64,000 nucleotides of DNA from the NCBI GenBank assembly GCA_002633005.1, contig NMRA01000398.1, positions 355,944-419,943 of the forward strand, read 5' to 3'. This document shows positions 62,230 to 64,000 of the stretch, piece after piece. The stretch is from Phoronis australis. Taxonomy: Eukaryota; Animalia; Phoronida. The notes beneath the pieces are model-generated. The model worked only from the letters and a program-made list of their open reading frames with translations, was not told where the DNA came from and searched no databases. Within the stretch, counting starts at the first letter, position 1. Each line of letters begins with the position of its first letter. Both the position numbers and the translations under genes were made by a program.

Positions 62230-62900
62230 CTGAGAGGGGGCATGGTGCCAGATGAAGACAGCTTCCCTGATCTTTGTTGGAATGTACCTCATCTAACTAT
62301 TCAAAATGCCAGCAGATTAGCAGCCAATAAATAAGGTCGTGTTCTTGAGCTGAAGACAACGAGTCGGTCCTCACCGAATTCTGCTCCTCAATACGGGCTT
62401 TTACTGTAACTGATGACCAGACTCTCCAATACAGGAAGCCTCACAAGAAAAACTATCCAGCTGATAAACAGCACTACACTTTGGTTCAGGGCTACAGTAT
62501 GTATATCCTTGGGGGACACTAGTGGATCCCGTAGAGTGTTGCCAAAGAGTAAACCTGCGCCCGTATTGTGTTTGATTCTGCAGTCTCTCTGAGATGCCTT
62601 GTAAGTATGGTAACACCGTCTTGCATTCACCTTTCTTGCACTCCTCAGTACTTCCAGTAGGTTCTCAGTCAGTTATCCGCAGTCTCAGTTAGTATACCCA
62701 AACGAGGACGTTTTCTTATTTTAATAAGGCTTTGCTGGTTGAAATTGGGGTTTAGCGCATTCGGCTGTTGATGTTGACATATGTTTTAAATAAATGTAGG
62801 CCGCTCCACATCGCTGAATTAAGGAACACGCGTTTGGATATGGGTGACATCTGTAAGTCACAATTTTACCTTGGCTGACCCTTGTATAGTACACCCCTTA
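62230..62900 (-). mobile_element. Degenerate Penelope-like GIY-YIG fragment in the homologous intron of the paralogue
   Basis: LPYLQGISERL, GNTLRDPLVSPKD, VYQLDSFSCEASCIGESGHQL and KIREAVFI. Confidence 0.75.
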
Positions 62901-63519
62901 CTGTTATAAAATTCGTCAGATTAGAAAACCAGATAATTGATCACTGCTTGTAACCATACCCGACATATAAATGACACGCCGTGGAAAATCTAAACTGATC
63001 ACGTCTCACTGGCCTCCAGCAATAACGTATTGTCACATCTTGTCAAGATCAGTACCCCAGTTTTAATCTTTTTACTCGCGGAAATTTCCATGATAGCAAG
63101 TAGCAGCTTAAATTCAAGAAAATAACTACGGTTTTTAAAAATTGACATGTTTCGGTGTCATTTATTAAACACCATCCTCAGAAGTCATAATACAGTGGCC
63201 ACCTAGCTAGGCCCAGCAACAAGTAACGAAGCACAGATACAGTCAGTTACAGGGAGTGACAATGAACTAGACCAACAATGACAACCNGTGTGTGTTATCT
63301 CTTGTAATTAAGGAACCCATCTGGTTCCTTCTGTGAAATATTTATTTGTAGAGCTGTGACCCTAAAATTCCCAATACAACTTAAAAAAATATTTATTATT
63401 CTTGTTGTTTTATTTGTCCCCAATAATTTATATCACAATATTAGCTTCGAATGGCAAATACGACCGTGCAATAACCCATTTAGTTATCTCACTAGTGAGA
63501 CATCATTTTGGCGGGAAAC

Positions 63520-63590
63520 CGAGGCCGATTTCGAACCCGGGCCTCAAGACTTTGGTGTCGCCGGCTTTACCACTACACCACTCAGCGGCT
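63520..63590 (-). mobile_element. tRNA-derived SINE head, degenerate
   Basis: Minus-strand TGGTGTAGTGG (A box) and GGTTCGAAATC (B-box-like). Confidence 0.5.
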
Positions 63591-64000
63591 GACGTCATCG
63601 AAAGTGAAAACAGAATACTTAAATGAGCACGTGTAACAATCGCATGTTCAGCAAAGGGCATTGTACAGTCATTTATACGCTATGAAAAATAAGACGCATA
63701 ATATCCATAAAAACGATATTTTAATTCAGTGAAATTTTTCTCTCGCGTTCTCTCATTTGCAAATCACCGATCTCCAATTTGAATGGGGGTTTCATGTCGT
63801 CCAGATCCTTTGACCTGAGGATTGTACTCAGTTACTAGTGGTAACCTACTTCAGCAGCCGATATTTTCCCGGTCCAAGCTTAGCTTGATAAAATGTGTAG
63901 TAAGCTATAATAGTTGCTAAACCTTAATTTATAGATTCACTTTATTATTTCTATTTTGTTTAAATTTTCAATTGGTAAAAGCATTATTTGCCAAAAAACC

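Overview
AT-rich eukaryotic (invertebrate-like) draft genomic DNA with spliceosomal introns, one N gap and three single-n joins. Genes: (1) two convergent DEG/ENaC-family channel paralogues (2-1336 +, 5'-partial; 15044-17379 -, two coding exons); (2) a 13-exon minus-strand gene (43627->25612, 1126 aa by my splice reconstruction) that the ORF track only shows in pieces, with the architecture signal peptide - 4x TLDc - TSP1 - ZP-N - ZP-C - RKRR furin site - TM, plus a TATA/Inr promoter; (3) the last five exons of a tandem paralogue (61521->59153). Between the two channel genes lies a decayed, intronless minus-strand reading frame, present in two copies, whose motifs are collinear with herpesvirus major capsid protein as I recall it, interleaved with a tandem-unit element carrying CTCF-like motifs. 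The rest is transposon debris: ISL2EU-like (SAP/YqaJ + THAP), L1/Tx1-like, Penelope-like, a solo-LTR-like element, MITEs and SINE heads. All domain calls are by-eye motif recognition, not database results.
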